Origin: Pseudovirgaria hyperparasitica
Lineage: Eukaryota
Assembly (NCBI GenBank): GCA_010093815.1
Contig: ML996589.1
Reading direction: 5' to 3' (one strand)
DNA length: 64,000 nt
Part shown: piece after piece, positions 12,544 to 26,600 of the stretch
Position numbering within the stretch: the stretch's first letter is position 1
Layout of the letters: every line of letters starts with the position of its first letter
Notes under the pieces: generated by a model
Seen by the model: the letters and a program-made list of their open reading frames with translations, nothing else
Told to the model about the DNA's origin: nothing
Databases searched by the model: none
Made by a program: the position numbers and the translations under genes

Positions 12544-15500
12544 AAAACTTCTCACACCCTAACGGACTAAACTAGTCAATTCAGGGTAAAACAGCGATTT
12601 ACATACATTAAACGATAGAGTATACCAAGTATAATAACCTCCGATACACGTGCGTACGTATAGTATATAATACACGATAATACCGACGTATAGAGATACT
12701 ATATATATACGCTCAAAGACTCTTCGATAATATAAGTATAGACTATATCTAATAAACGCTAATACGCTAACCCCCTTTTATTAGTTAAGGGCTACCCTTA
12801 ACTAATAACTATAGCGGCCTTAGGCATCGTAATACCCCGGCATACGCCAGATATACCCCTACTAGTACGGTAGAAACGGCTATATAGCGATATTAATATA
12901 GATAGCTAGACACCTATCTAAAATATAGGAACTAACTAAGGGTGCGAAGCGCTATAGATAACCTAGACCGAGGGGACCCCGAGAGGGGAGACCCTCCTAG
13001 ATAAAATTAAATACTAGATAATATATATAGAGAGGGACGCCGAGAAGGGAAAGAAGACCCTTCTTTATATATTCCGGGACCTTATCCGGAACCTAAGAGG
13101 AATTACGGAGGAAGAAAGGAAGTCGCCACGAGAGGAACCTAGTAGTAGACTTAACCGAATAGAAGCTAGTCTACGGAGAATCTAGGAAGAGCTATTCTAA
13201 GGTAAGCGCCCTAATATATAGACTTAGATTATAGTAATACCCGGAGCTACCGCACTAAGGACTACTAGAACTATAGATAGAGTATATAGTATACGTGTCG
13301 TAATCTAGGATAAGAATATACTAGCGTAGATCTAATAGGTATCCCTAAAGGAAATTATAAATAAGATTAATAAATAGAAAGGAATATAGTTAAGCGTCGT
13401 GGCTACTAAAGTTACGCTAGGTAGGATAGTACTTACTACTATAATAAATACTATATAGTAAAACATCTCGCGAGATCCGAACGCGATAGATAGTATCTTC
13501 CCTAGCGCGTCTATTAGGGTAGCTATATACCCGATTATAGTATACGTAGTACCTATACGGGGATAGACTATTAGAGCGGAGAATATTATACATATAGAAT
13601 AATCTAACGCGCGAAAATACCCAGGGATTAAGATTATAAAAGCGTGGTAGAAGAACCTATAGGCGATTAAGACGACGGCGAAAAAACACTCTACTATAAT
13701 TATAGAGCTCCGAGACCCCGCCCTTATATAACGTATTATATAGAAGGGATTCCTAGTAGAAGGAGAGCTCCTTATAGCCGAGCTATAGAATAGAGCATAG
13801 GTAATAATATAGTACTTTAACTATTAAGGGTATAGATATACTATATAAAGGTGCTTATAGAAGACCAAGTGCGGATAGTACCGTGGGGACCACGCTATCT
13901 AGAAGTGCCCTTATAAACCGCGAGGAGACGGACTAAGAAACAGGGATATAGTATAGTATTTAAACTACGACGGGAAATACCCGTCGTGGTCGTTAACGTG
14001 TATAAAATATAAATAGGTTATAGAATATATTCATACGATAAAAGCAAGAGGCGCGAGATAGTTATAGAATATAATACCTACTACGAGCCCTTCCTTTATA
14101 ATACCCCTAACCTCCCCTCCGGAAGGTAGTTAGGCGGGATAGTAGACTATCCCAAAGACGATAGGACGACTAAAAGGTATAGTTAAAGCCGCTGCCGCGC
14201 GAGGATAGTCGCGCCTCTAAGGAATAAGTATATAGGTATATATACTTCCTAGTACCTAATAAGGGACTAGAATATACTCCGAATTATATAGATAAATATA
14301 TAATATAAAAGAGAGAACTAGGCGACGCTCCTTAAAGAGACCGGGGCTATAATACTCGCTATCTAGGAACTCTATAAATACTACTAGATAAGTAAACCAA
14401 CCACACACCCCGGATACTATACTATACACCCTCTAGGACTAGAAAGACGAGTCCTCTTCTATATTTATAGGTTAATACCACTCTTATTATAGTTATATAC
14501 CGAGCGCGATAACCTTAGGATAATACTACACCTATAAATAGATATAGGCCCCCTATATATATATAATATATATAACTAATAACATATACTTATACTAGAC
14601 GAGATGCTTAAGGGTACCACGGAACTAGGGTAATATATCCTTCTAGGAGACTTTAACCTCTACTACCAATAGTAGGGAGGCCTAGCCGTAGTTAGGGAAG
14701 AACTTAGAGTAAGAGAACTACGTACCCGCTACTACGACTTTCTATACCTACTTATACCTATAGAATAAGTTATATAGAAAAAATATAAATAGGACGAAGA
14801 CGGGTCTACGCTTAATCTTACCTTCGCCATAGAGTATATTAGTTACCGGATCTAATACTACCGCCTAGGCCAGGTATAGACGGATTCCGACTATAAATAT
14901 ATGGAAACTATAATAAACGTATATACCCCGAATGAATAACGGGGACGATAGATATAGAAGAATACTAACTAGGAAAAGTACCTAAAGGACCTAGAATCAG
15001 CGATCCTAGATCTCTCTATAGTCGATATATCTAACGACCTAGCTATAGACCAGGCCGTATAGATACTTCTATAAATATACTAGAATACGAGAAATAAACA
15101 CGTACTATACCGAATATACCGGCCCCTAGAAGTAAAGGGGATTCCTTAAGTATAGGAAAGTAGATAAGACGCCCGAAGGCTATATATACGCGTATACCGT
15201 ATAAGAATACCCGAGTCGTAGAAAGAATAGAAGGAAGTAATATAATAACGCGATAAAGTCCTCTATAATAAAAGGCGTAAATAGTAGCGTATAATTACTA
15301 GTTAATAGACATGATACGTAATAGGGCTATGGCGCATAGCGAAATGGGCTAAGGGCGTAGACACTCTAACACCCCCGCTACTTATGCCTCCCCTAATATA
15401 TTAGGGGAGAACATACTCTATAAGCCTTAAGAAAACTAAGGCCCTACGGGAGGCTATATTCCCTCTCCCGGAACTAGTAGACCTATTAGACGTTCACGGC

Positions 15501-15731
15501 GCCAAATACCTATATATAGTAGACATTCCCGAAGAAGTTACGGAGGAGGATATACTTAATATTATTAAGATACTCCCAAATGATAAAGCACCCGGACCAG
15601 ATAGAATTCTAAATTAATGCCTAAAAAGCACTATAAAAGCGACCCTACCACTTATTACTCGTATATTCTAAGCATGCGTCACGTAGGGGTACCACCCCTA
15701 GAGCTTCTAAGTCGCCTATACTATTATACTT
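12544..15731 (+). mobile_element. Tad-like LINE, subfamily A copy A1 (5' UTR, ORF1, endonuclease, start of RT), RIP-inactivated, interrupted by LINE B1
   Basis: After RIP reversal ORF1 has CCHC knuckles (QCFNCQGYGH...C, KCGWCRGDH...C). ORF2 has AP-endonuclease motifs (QxN, IQEP, GDFNLHH, LDLTF, SDH) and KAPGPDGI. Colinear with the other copies. Confidence 0.92.
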
Positions 15732-17977
15732 AAAAAAACTTCTTCTACATCCCCAAGAGGCTAACTTGGTCCATTCGGGGTAATATACCGAGATATACAC
15801 CTTAATTAATAGAGTATACCGAGTATACTAACTACTACTATACGCACGTACGTGTAGCGTCGAAACTAAGATATTATCGCCGTGTAAAGATATATATATA
15901 CCCTCTTAAAATCCTTACGGAGATAGAGGCACGGACTACGCTACTAGAACGCCGACACGCTAACCCCCTTTTATTAGTTAAGGGTAGCCCTTAACTAATA
16001 AATATGGCGGCCTTAGGCACCGATATACCCCGGTATATACTAGATATACCCCCACCGGTACGATAGAAAAGGCTATATAGCGATATTACTAAGGGTAACT
16101 ATATACCTATCTAAAACGTAGAACACACCTAAAGGCGCACGCCGCTATAGATAGACGGAATAAAGGGGACCCCGAGAGGGGAAACCCTCCTAGATCGTAT
16201 TAACTACTAGGTAGTACGTATAGAGAAGGAAGCCGGAGAGGGCTAGAAGACCCTTCTATATATATTCTAGAACCTTATCTAGAATCTAAAGGGAATTACG
16301 GAGGAGAAGAAGAAGATATAACTAGGAGGACTAGAGGGTAGGCTCGACTAAATAGAGGCTAGCCTACGTAGAATCTAGGAGGAACTCACTTAAGGTAAGC
16401 GCCCTAGTATATAGGTATAAATAGTAGTAATACCGGAGGCTATACTATGGGCCCCCCGGACTAGTGACGTGGCGTATAGTATATACGTCGTAATCTAGGA
16501 TAAGGATACCCTAGTATAGGTCTAGTAAGTATCCCTAAAGGATATAGTAAGTAAGATTAACGAATAAAAGGGAATATAGTTAAACGTTATCGCCGCTAAA
16601 CTCACGCTAGAAGGAGTAGTACTTACCACGATAACGAATATCACGTAGTAGACCATCTCGCGCGATCTAAACGCGATTAGTAGTATCTTTCTAGGCGCCT
16701 CTATTAGGGCGGCCATATACCCGATATAGGTATACTCTATACCCGTAAGTAGATAGATTATTAGAGAAGAGGATATTACGCGGATAGAATAGTTAAATAA
16801 GCGAAAATACCTAGGGATTAAGATTATAAGAGTATAGTAGAAGAATATATAAGGGATTAAAACTAGATTAAAGGTATACTCTACTATAATAGTAGAGCTT
16901 AAGAACCCCGCCCTCGCGTATTAAATTACGTAAGAGGGATTCCTAGCGGAAGGGGAGCTTCTTATAGTAGAACCATGGGATAGAGCATAGGCGATAATAT
17001 AGTACTTTAACTATTAGGGATACGGGTATACGGTATAGCGGTACTCCTAAAAGACTAGGTATAGGTGGTATTAATAAGAATATAGTACCTAGGAGTGCCC
17101 CTACGGGACACGAGGAGAGGGCTAGAGGGATAGAGATACGGCGAAGTACTCTAACTACGATAGTAAGTACCTATCGTGGTCGGCTACGTGCGCGAAACGT
17201 AAATAGGTTACCGAATATATCTACTTAATCTAGATGAAGGGAGTAAGGTAGCTATAAACGATACGATCTACTACCGTTTCTCTCTTTACTATAATACTAC
17301 TACTATAGACTACCTCCTTATAAGGAAGTAGTTAGAAATAGTAAACCGTTCTAAGAAAGCTAATAATAGGACGGCCCTAAGGAATTACTAAGGCCGCCGC
17401 CGTATGAGGATAGTCGCGTCTTAGAGGAACAAATATATAGGTCTATATATTCCCTAGCACCTAATGAGAGACTAAGATATACTCCTAATTATATAGGTAA
17501 ACGTATAGTATAAACATAAGAACTAGGCGATACTCCTCGAGGAGACCGGAGCTATAATACTCGCTATATAGGAGCTATATAAATACTACTAGACGAATAA
17601 ACTAATAACATACCTAGAATATTATATAATACACCCCCTAGGACCGGAGAGGAGAGTCCTCTTCCATATCTATAAGTCTATCCTACTCTTATTATAGTTA
17701 TATACTAAACGAGATAACCTCCGGATAATACTATACCTCTAGATAAATATTAGACCCCTCTATATATATAATATATATAATTAGAACTGATCGCTTTAGG
17801 CGGATAATATGCTTAAGGGTACTACCGAGCTAGGATAACATATCCTCCTAGGAGACTTTAACCTCTATTATAGCTAGTAGGGTAGACTAACTATCACCCG
17901 CGAAGAGCTTCGAGCTAGAGAACTACGTACCTAATACTACGGCTTCCTATACCTTCTTATACTAGTAGAATAGATTA
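15732..17977 (+). mobile_element. Tad-like LINE, subfamily B copy B1 (5' part), nested in A1, truncated by an assembly gap
   Basis: Starts AAAAAAACTTCTTCTACATCCCC where A1 ORF2 breaks off. Colinear with the first ~2.2 kb of B3 (from 49637). Confidence 0.9.
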
Positions 17978-18922
17978 NNNNNNNNNNNNNNNNNNNNNNN
18001 NNNNNNNNNNNNNNNNNNNNNNNNNNNNNNNNNNNNNNNNNNNNNNNNNNNNNNNNNNNNNNNNNNNNNNNNNNNNNNNNNNNNNNNNNNNNNNNNNNNN
18101 NNNNNNNNNNNNNNNNNNNNNNNNNNNNNNNNNNNNNNNNNNNNNNNNNNNNNNNNNNNNNNNNNNNNNNNNNNNNNNNNNNNNNNNNNNNNNNNNNNNN
18201 NNNNNNNNNNNNNNNNNNNNNNNNNNNNNNNNNNNNNNNNNNNNNNNNNNNNNNNNNNNNNNNNNNNNNNNNNNNNNNNNNNNNNNNNNNNNNNNNNNNN
18301 NNNNNNNNNNNNNNNNNNNNNNNNNNNNNNNNNNNNNNNNNNNNNNNNNNNNNNNNNNNNNNNNNNNNNNNNNNNNNNNNNNNNNNNNNNNNNNNNNNNN
18401 NNNNNNNNNNNNNNNNNNNNNNNNNNNNNNNNNNNNNNNNNNNNNNNNNNNNNNNNNNNNNNNNNNNNNNNNNNNNNNNNNNNNNNNNNNNNNNNNNNNN
18501 NNNNNNNNNNNNNNNNNNNNNNNNNNNNNNNNNNNNNNNNNNNNNNNNNNNNNNNNNNNNNNNNNNNNNNNNNNNNNNNNNNNNNNNNNNNNNNNNNNNN
18601 NNNNNNNNNNNNNNNNNNNNNNNNNNNNNNNNNNNNNNNNNNNNNNNNNNNNNNNNNNNNNNNNNNNNNNNNNNNNNNNNNNNNNNNNNNNNNNNNNNNN
18701 NNNNNNNNNNNNNNNNNNNNNNNNNNNNNNNNNNNNNNNNNNNNNNNNNNNNNNNNNNNNNNNNNNNNNNNNNNNNNNNNNNNNNNNNNNNNNNNNNNNN
18801 NNNNNNNNNNNNNNNNNNNNNNNNNNNNNNNNNNNNNNNNNNNNNNNNNNNNNNNNNNNNNNNNNNNNNNNNNNNNNNNNNNNNNNNNNNNNNNNNNNNN
18901 NNNNNNNNNNNNNNNNNNNNNN
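17978..18922. other. Assembly gap (N run)
   Basis: Run of N. Confidence 1.
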
Positions 18923-21900
18923 AGTATAGATACTTAGGCTTTCGTTAGCCCTTTATATATCTATTTACTTAGTTCCTTCTATGGCCCTCGAATCTACTCT
19001 AGATATCTATTCTACTAGAAGGTCTAGTAGGTACAGAGTGCCTCTTTCTACTTATCTTAAGTCCACGACCGTATATTTTTCATGAGTTCTTAAAGGCTCT
19101 ACTAGTCTAGAAGAGCGTCTAGGTTATCTCGGACTTCTTATACTACTTAGCTAGAGTCGGCTTCTATTAAGTACCTATACCGTATTTAATTCCGGCCTAT
19201 ATATAGGAGTACGCGGTAATATATACTAATTCGTACACGTAGCGCGGCGAAAGTATATTCTACGTTTCCTATACGTTTCTATACTTATTATTTAGTAAAG
19301 TATACCACCCTCTATGTCTAGTAGAAGTTATATATACTTATAACGTCTATCTCGCGTCGTAGTAGCACCGTGTTAGTAGCTTTATATACGCCTAATATAA
19401 GACGGAGTATACGGTTCTATATAGATTCGAGCTTTATTCGCCTAGTCTATATAAGAACTATATACTAGTACTCGTGTCCATACGTGAAGGCGGGTCGTGC
19501 TATAGATATATATAGCTAGCGTGCCTTATCCCGGGTGGTTCCCTATATAGAGGCTATAATCCGTCGTATAGCGGCTTCTATCTAGAGGGCCCTAGAGACG
19601 GCGTATACCACTTATAGTCTCTATTTAAGCTTACTATCTAGTATAACTCTAAGCGCGCATATACTTTATACTAGTAGTTCGTTAAATATATCGATTTAGA
19701 GGCGTTATTTACCTTCTCTAGTTATCTATTTCCCTTAATAATTAATAAAGTACATGAGCTAGTATTTCTCTAGGGCGAACTTTACTCCGTAGCGTTTTAC
19801 CTACTAGAGGCACCTCTTATAGTCCTATTCTAGTCGTCTATATATTTAGTTGGTATTATTATTAATAGCTAGGAGGTATATATTATCGGCGTATCTAACT
19901 ATCTCTATATACTTTATTCCTTAAAGAAGGTCTATTGTAAAGAAGAGAAATAGGATTGGAGAGATAGTACTCCCTTATAGGATGCCGTATACCGTCTCTT
20001 TATATTCGCTCTAGTATCTAGAGATATATATCTAAGTTATTCTTTCTATAAGAAATAACTATATAAAGCGTATAATCTATTCTAGTATTCGTCTTATCCG
20101 GAGGTTATAAATAAGTCTTATATAGTTTACCTTATTAAACGCTCCGGCTATATCGAGGGAGAGGAGCGATACTACCCGTCCCTATTTCTATACGGCCTAG
20201 ATAACTTTAATAATATATTAGATAGCTATTATTAGGGAGCTATCTATCTTTATCTTCTAGTTCGGAGGGAGGAGATTATATTCCTATACCGCGGTACTTA
20301 TCTTCTTTACTATTATAGCCTCTAGTATATTACCTAGGTAGAAGAGAAGGGCGATTAGTCTCTATCCCTTTAGGGAGTTAGAGCTCTTTCCTAGTTTCGG
20401 GAGTATAATAGTATAGGCGACTCGGAAGCTCTAGGGGTAGTACCCCTACGTGACGTATACTTAGAATATATAAGTAATAAGCGGTAGGGTTACTTTTATA
20501 GTACTTTTTAGGCATCGATTTAGAATTCCATCTGGTCCGGATGCTTTATCATTTAGAAGTATCTTAATAATATTAAGTATATCTTCCTCCGTAACTTCTT
20601 CGGGGATATCTACTATATATAGGTATTCGGCGCCGTGAACGTCTAATAGATCTACTAGTTCCGGGAGAGGGAACATAGCCTCCTATAGGGCCTTAGTTTT
20701 CTTAAGGCCCGTGGAGTATATTCTCCCCTAATATATTAGGGGAGGTATAAGTAGCGGGGGTATCGGAGTATCTACGCCCTTAGCCTATTTCGCCATGCGC
20801 TATAGCCCTATTACGTATCATATCTATTAACTAGTAATTATATACTACTATTTACGCCTTTCGTTACGGAGAACTTTATTATATTATTATATTACTTCCT
20901 TCTATTCTTCCTACGACTCGGGTATTCTTATACGGTATACGCGTCTATATAGCCTTCGGGCGTCTTATCTACTTTCCCGTACTTAAGGAATCCCCTTTAC
21001 TTCTAGGGGCCGGTATATTCGGTATAGTACGTGTTTATTTCTTATATTCTAGTATATTTATAGAAGTATCTATACAGCCTGGTCTATAGCTAGGTCGTTA
21101 GATATATCGACTATAGAGGGATCTAGAATCGCCGATTCCAGGTCCTTTAGATACTTTTTCTAGTTAGTGTCCTTCTATATCTATCGTCCCCGTTATTTAT
21201 TCGGGGTATACACGTTTATTACGGTTTCCATATATTTATAGTCGGAATCCGTCTATACCTAGCCTAGGCGGTAGTATTAGATCCGGTAACTAATATACTC
21301 CGTAGCGAAGGTAAGGTTAAGCGTAGACCCGTCTTCGTCCTATTTATATTTTTTCTATATAACTTATTCTATAGATATAAGTAGGTATAGGAAGTCGTCG
21401 TAGCGGGTGCGTAGTTCCCTTACTCTAAGTTCTTCCCTAACCACGGCTAGGCCTCCCTACTATTAGTAGTAGAGGTTAAAGTCTCCTAGGAGGATGTATT
21501 ACCCTAGTTCCGTAGTACCCTCGAGCATCTCGTCTAGTATAAGTATACGTTATTAGTTATATATGTTATATATATATAGGGGGCCTATATCTATTTATAG
21601 ATATAGTATTATCCTAAGGTTATTACGCTTAGTATATAACTATAATAAGAGTAGTATTAACCTATAAATATAGAAGAGGACTTATCTTTCTAGTCCTAGA
21701 GGGTATATAGTATAGTATCCGGGGTGTATAGTTAGTTTACTCGTCTAGTAGTATTTATAGGGTTCCTAGATAGCGAGTATTATAGCCCCGGTCTCTTTAA
21801 GGAGCGTCGCCTAGTTCTCTCTTTTATATTATACGTTTACCTATATAATTCGGAGTATATTCTAGTCTCTTATTAGGTACTAGGGAGTATATATATCTAT

Positions 21901-23591
21901 ATACTTATTCCTTAGAGGCGCGACTATCCTCACGCGGTAGCGGCTTTAACTATGCCTTTTAGTTATTCTATCGTCTTTAGAATAGTCTACTATCCCGCCT
22001 AACTACCTTCCGGAGGGGAGATTAGGGGTATTATAAAGGAAGGGCCCGTGGTAGGTATTATATTCTATAACTATCTCGCGCCTCTCGCTTTTATCGTACG
22101 AATATATTCTATAACCTCTTTACGTTTTATACACGTTAACGACTATAACGGATATTTCCCGTCGTAGTTTAAACACTATACTATGTCTCTATTTCTTGGT
22201 CCGTCTCCTCGCGGTTTATAAGGGTACTCCTAGGTAGTATGGTCCCTACGGTACTATCCGCACTTACTCTTCTATAAGTACCTTTATATAGTATATCTAT
22301 ACCCTTAATAGTTAAAGTACTATATTATTACCTATACTCTATTCTATAGCTCGGCCTTAAGGAGCTCTCCTTCTATTAGAAATCCCTTCTATATAATATA
22401 TTATACGAGGGCGGGGTCTCGGAGCTCTATAATTATAGTAGAGTGTTTTTTCGCCGTCGTCTTAATCGCCTATAGGTTCTTCTACTACGCTTTTATAATC
22501 TTAATCCCTAGGTATTTTCGCGTATTAGATTATTCTATACACGTAATATCCTCCGCTCCGATAGCCTATCCCCGCACGGGTACTATATATACTATAATTA
22601 GGTATATAGCTACCCTAATAGACGCGCCGGGGAAGATACTATCTATCACGTTCGGATCTCGTGAGATATTTTACTATATAGTATTTATTATAGTAGTAAG
22701 TACTACTCTACCTAGCGTAACTTTAGTAGCCACGACGCTTAACTATATTCCTTTCTATTTATTAATCTTATTTATAATTTCCTTTAGGGATACCTATTAG
22801 ACCTACGCTAGTATGTCCTTATCCTAGATTATAATACGTATACTATATACTCTATCTATAGTCCTAGTAGTCCTTAGTATAGTGGCTCCGGGTATTACTA
22901 TAATCTAAGCCTACGTGTTAGGGCGCTTACCTTAGAATAGCTCTTTCTAGATTCTCCGTAGGCTAGCTTCTATTCGGTCGAGCCTACTACTAGATTCCTC
23001 TCGTGGCGACTTCCTTTCTTCCTCTATAATTTCTCTTAGATTCCGGATAAGGTCCTGGAATATATAAAGGAGGGTCTTCTTTCCCTTCTCGGCGTCCCTC
23101 TCTACACGTATTACCTAGTATTTAATTTTATCTAGGAGGGTCTCCCCTCTCGGGGTCCCCTTAGTCTAGGTTATCTATAGCGCTTCGCACCCTTAGTTAG
23201 TTCCTATATTTTAGATAGGTGTCTAGCTATCTATATTAATGTCGCTATATAGCCGTTTCTACCGTACTAGTAGGGGTATATCTAGCGTATACCGGGGTAT
23301 TACGATGCCTAAGGCCGCTATAGTTATTAGTTAAGGGTAGCCCTTAACTAATAAAAGGGGGTCGGCGTATTAGCGTTTATTAGATATAGTCTATACTCGT
23401 GTTATCGAAGAGTCTTCGAGTATATATATATAGTATCTCTATATATTAGTATTATCGTGTATTATACGCTATATGTACGTACGTATGTTAGAGGTTGTTA
23501 TACTTAGTATACTCTATTATTTAATATATGTAAATCGCTGTTTTGCCCCGAATTGACCAGTTTAGTCCGTTAGGGTGTAAGAAGTTTTTTT
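18923..23591 (-). mobile_element. Tad-like LINE subfamily A copy A2, 3' end lost in the gap
   Basis: Reverse complement of A1/A3. The RT motifs LDMAGAFDKV, GIPQGSTISP and GYADD are recoverable after RIP reversal. The 5' end AAAAAAACTTCTTACACCC is at 23591. Confidence 0.92.
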
Positions 23592-23636
23592 CCGCTAGAA
23601 TTAATACTAATTATAGAGGATCCCTATTATTTAATA

Positions 23637-26600
23637 TAATAATAATAATATTAGTAAACTAGGTAGAGTACCACTCTATAGGCGCATGCCTCCTCTAGTC
23701 TAAGCTACTATATAAGAAGAAACCTACGAATAGGAAAAACTCCCTTATATCCATGACTACGCTCTATCTATCCTCTCGTTCTTTATATATATATAGCCCT
23801 AGAGGCTACTCATAGGCCTATAGCCTATATTATAATAGTTTACCCTTAGGTAGCACGTGTAGATACGGAGATTATTAGTTAAGGGCTGCCCTTAACTAAT
23901 AATCGCGGTTCTCCTAGGGTTCTTCCGACGTATACTAGGGTTCTTCTAGTATATATCGGGCTTCTTCCGGTATATATACGCGGGTCTACTAGAACTAGAG
24001 GAGAGGAAGATGTACGAGCATCTATTAGGCGACGTCCTTAGGGTACTTATTAAGCTATTATATAATATCGGAGATTCTCGTTATACGGACGAGGGCTTAT
24101 CTTAGGGTATAGAGGCTAGAGTACGTCGCGAGGTAGTGGCGTATTATACCTCTCCGGCCGTAGTCCTCGCACTAGGGAGATATATCTAGGACGCCTCTCT
24201 AGTAGAGGTAATATAGAAGATCTATAGCGCCTGTTTAGGCTTAGAGGAGTATAGATGCTTAGGCCTTCGTAAGCCCTTTATACATCTATTTACTCGGTTC
24301 CTTCTAAGGCCCTTAGATCTATTCTAGATACCTATCCTATTAGGAGGCCCACTAGGCTTTAAGTACCTCCCTCTATTTATCCTAGATCCACGACTATATA
24401 ACGCGGCTAAGCTCCTTAGGGCTCTATTAGCTCAGGACGGTATCTAGATTATTTCGAACCTCCTACGCGGTCTAGCTTAAGTCCGCCTCTATATAGTATT
24501 TATATTATACTCGAGTTTATCCTATAGTAGGGAGGGCCTAGTAATACGCGTGGATATGTGTGCGTAGTACGGCGAAGGTATATACCCTATCTCCTCTACG
24601 TTCTTATACTTATTATTTAGTAAAGTATATAAGTCTCTATATCTAGTAGAAGTCCTATATACTTATTACGTTTATCTCGCGTCGGAGGAGCGTTATGTTA
24701 GTAGCTTTATATACGCCGGAGATAAGGCGGAGTATACGGTTTTATATAGACTTAAGCTTTACCCGCTAAGCTTATATAAGGGCTGTGTACTAGCACTCGT
24801 GTCCGTATATAAAGGCTAGGCGTGCTAGGGAGACGTATAGCTATCTCGCCTTATCCCGGGCTATTCCCTACGTGGATGCCGTAATCTAGTATATAGCGGT
24901 TTCTACCTAGAGGGCTCTAGAGACGGCGTGTGCCACCTATAGTCCCTATTTTAGCTTATTATCGATTATAACGCCGAGTGCTCGTATACTCTATACTAGT
25001 GGTTCTATAAAGGCGTCGATTTAGGGGCGACGTGCCCCCTCCCTAGTAGCCTATCCTCTATAGTAGTTAATAAAGTATATAAGCTAGTATTTTTTAGGTG
25101 CGAATTTTACTCCGTGGCGCTTTACCCACTAGACGCATTTCTTATAGTCTCATTCGAGTCGTATACATGTTCTACTAGTACTACTATCGACCGTAAGGAG
25201 GTATATATCGTCCGCGTATCCGACTACCTCTATATATTCTATTCTCTAAAGGAGGTCTACTATAAAGAAGAGGAAGAGGATCGGGGAGATAGTGCTCCCT
25301 TACGGGATGCCATATACCGTCTCCTTATATTCGCTTCGGTATCCAGGGATATATATTTAAGTAGTCCTTTACGCGAGAAAGGACTATATAAATCATATAA
25401 TCTACTTAGGTATTCGCCTTATCCGGAGGTTATAGATAAGTCTTATATAGTTTACCTTATTAAACGCCCCTACTATATCTAGGGAGAGTAGCATAACGAC
25501 TCGTCCTTATTTCTATATAGTCTAGATAACCTCGAGGATATATTAAATAGCTATAATTAGGGAGCTTCCTACCTTCGCCTTCTAGTTTACTAGGAGAAGG
25601 CCGTGTACCTATACTACTATACTTATCTTCTTAGTAATCGTAGCTTCTAGTACCTTACTAAGGTAGAAGAGGAGGGTAATCGGCCTCCATCCCTTTAGCG
25701 TGTTTAGGCTCTTCCCTAGTTTTAGGAGTATAACCGTGTATATAGTTCGGAAGCTCTATAGGTGGTATCCTATATAGGCGCACGCTCGGAATATATAGCC
25801 TATAATTAGTAAGGTCGCCTATATGGTCCTCTTAAGGTATTAATTCGGAATTCTATCTAGCCCGGGCGCTTTATCATTCGGGAGTGTCTTAATAGCGCCG
25901 AGTATATTATTATCCGTGATTTCTCTAGGGATACTCACGGCTTCTAGGTATTCCGTGCCGTTAATATCTAATAGGTCTATAGGTTCTAGGAGAGGGAACA
26001 TAACCTCTCGTAGGATCTCTATTTTCTCGAGGCTCGTGGAGTACGTCTTTTCTTAATATATAAGAGGGGGTATAAGTAGTATAGGTGTCGGGGAGGCGGT
26101 GCTTTTGGCCCATTTTACCATATGCCATAGTCTAGTAGTATTACGTGTATATCTATCCGTGACTATATACTACTATTTATATCGCTCGTTACGGAGGACC
26201 TTATCTCGTTATCTTCTCGCCTCTCTCTATTTATCCTACGCTTTAGATATCTAGTTATAGTATACACGTATATATAATCTCTAGACTTCTCGCCTATGCT
26301 CTCGTACTTAAGGTATACTTTTCGGGTCTAGGGGTCTATATATTCGGTACGGCACGTGTTTATCTCTTACTCTCTAGTACGCCTATAGGAGTGTATTCAC
26401 GGCCTGGTTAATGGCCGGGCCATTAGATACGTCGACTATAGACGGGTCTAGGATCGTCGATTCCAGGTCCTTTAGGTACTTTTCCTAGTTAGTATCCTTC
26501 TATAGCTATCGCCCTCGTTAGTCTTAAGGGGTGGATACATCTATTACGGTCTCCATATATTTATAGTCGGAGTCTATCTATATAAGGCTTGGGCGGTAGT

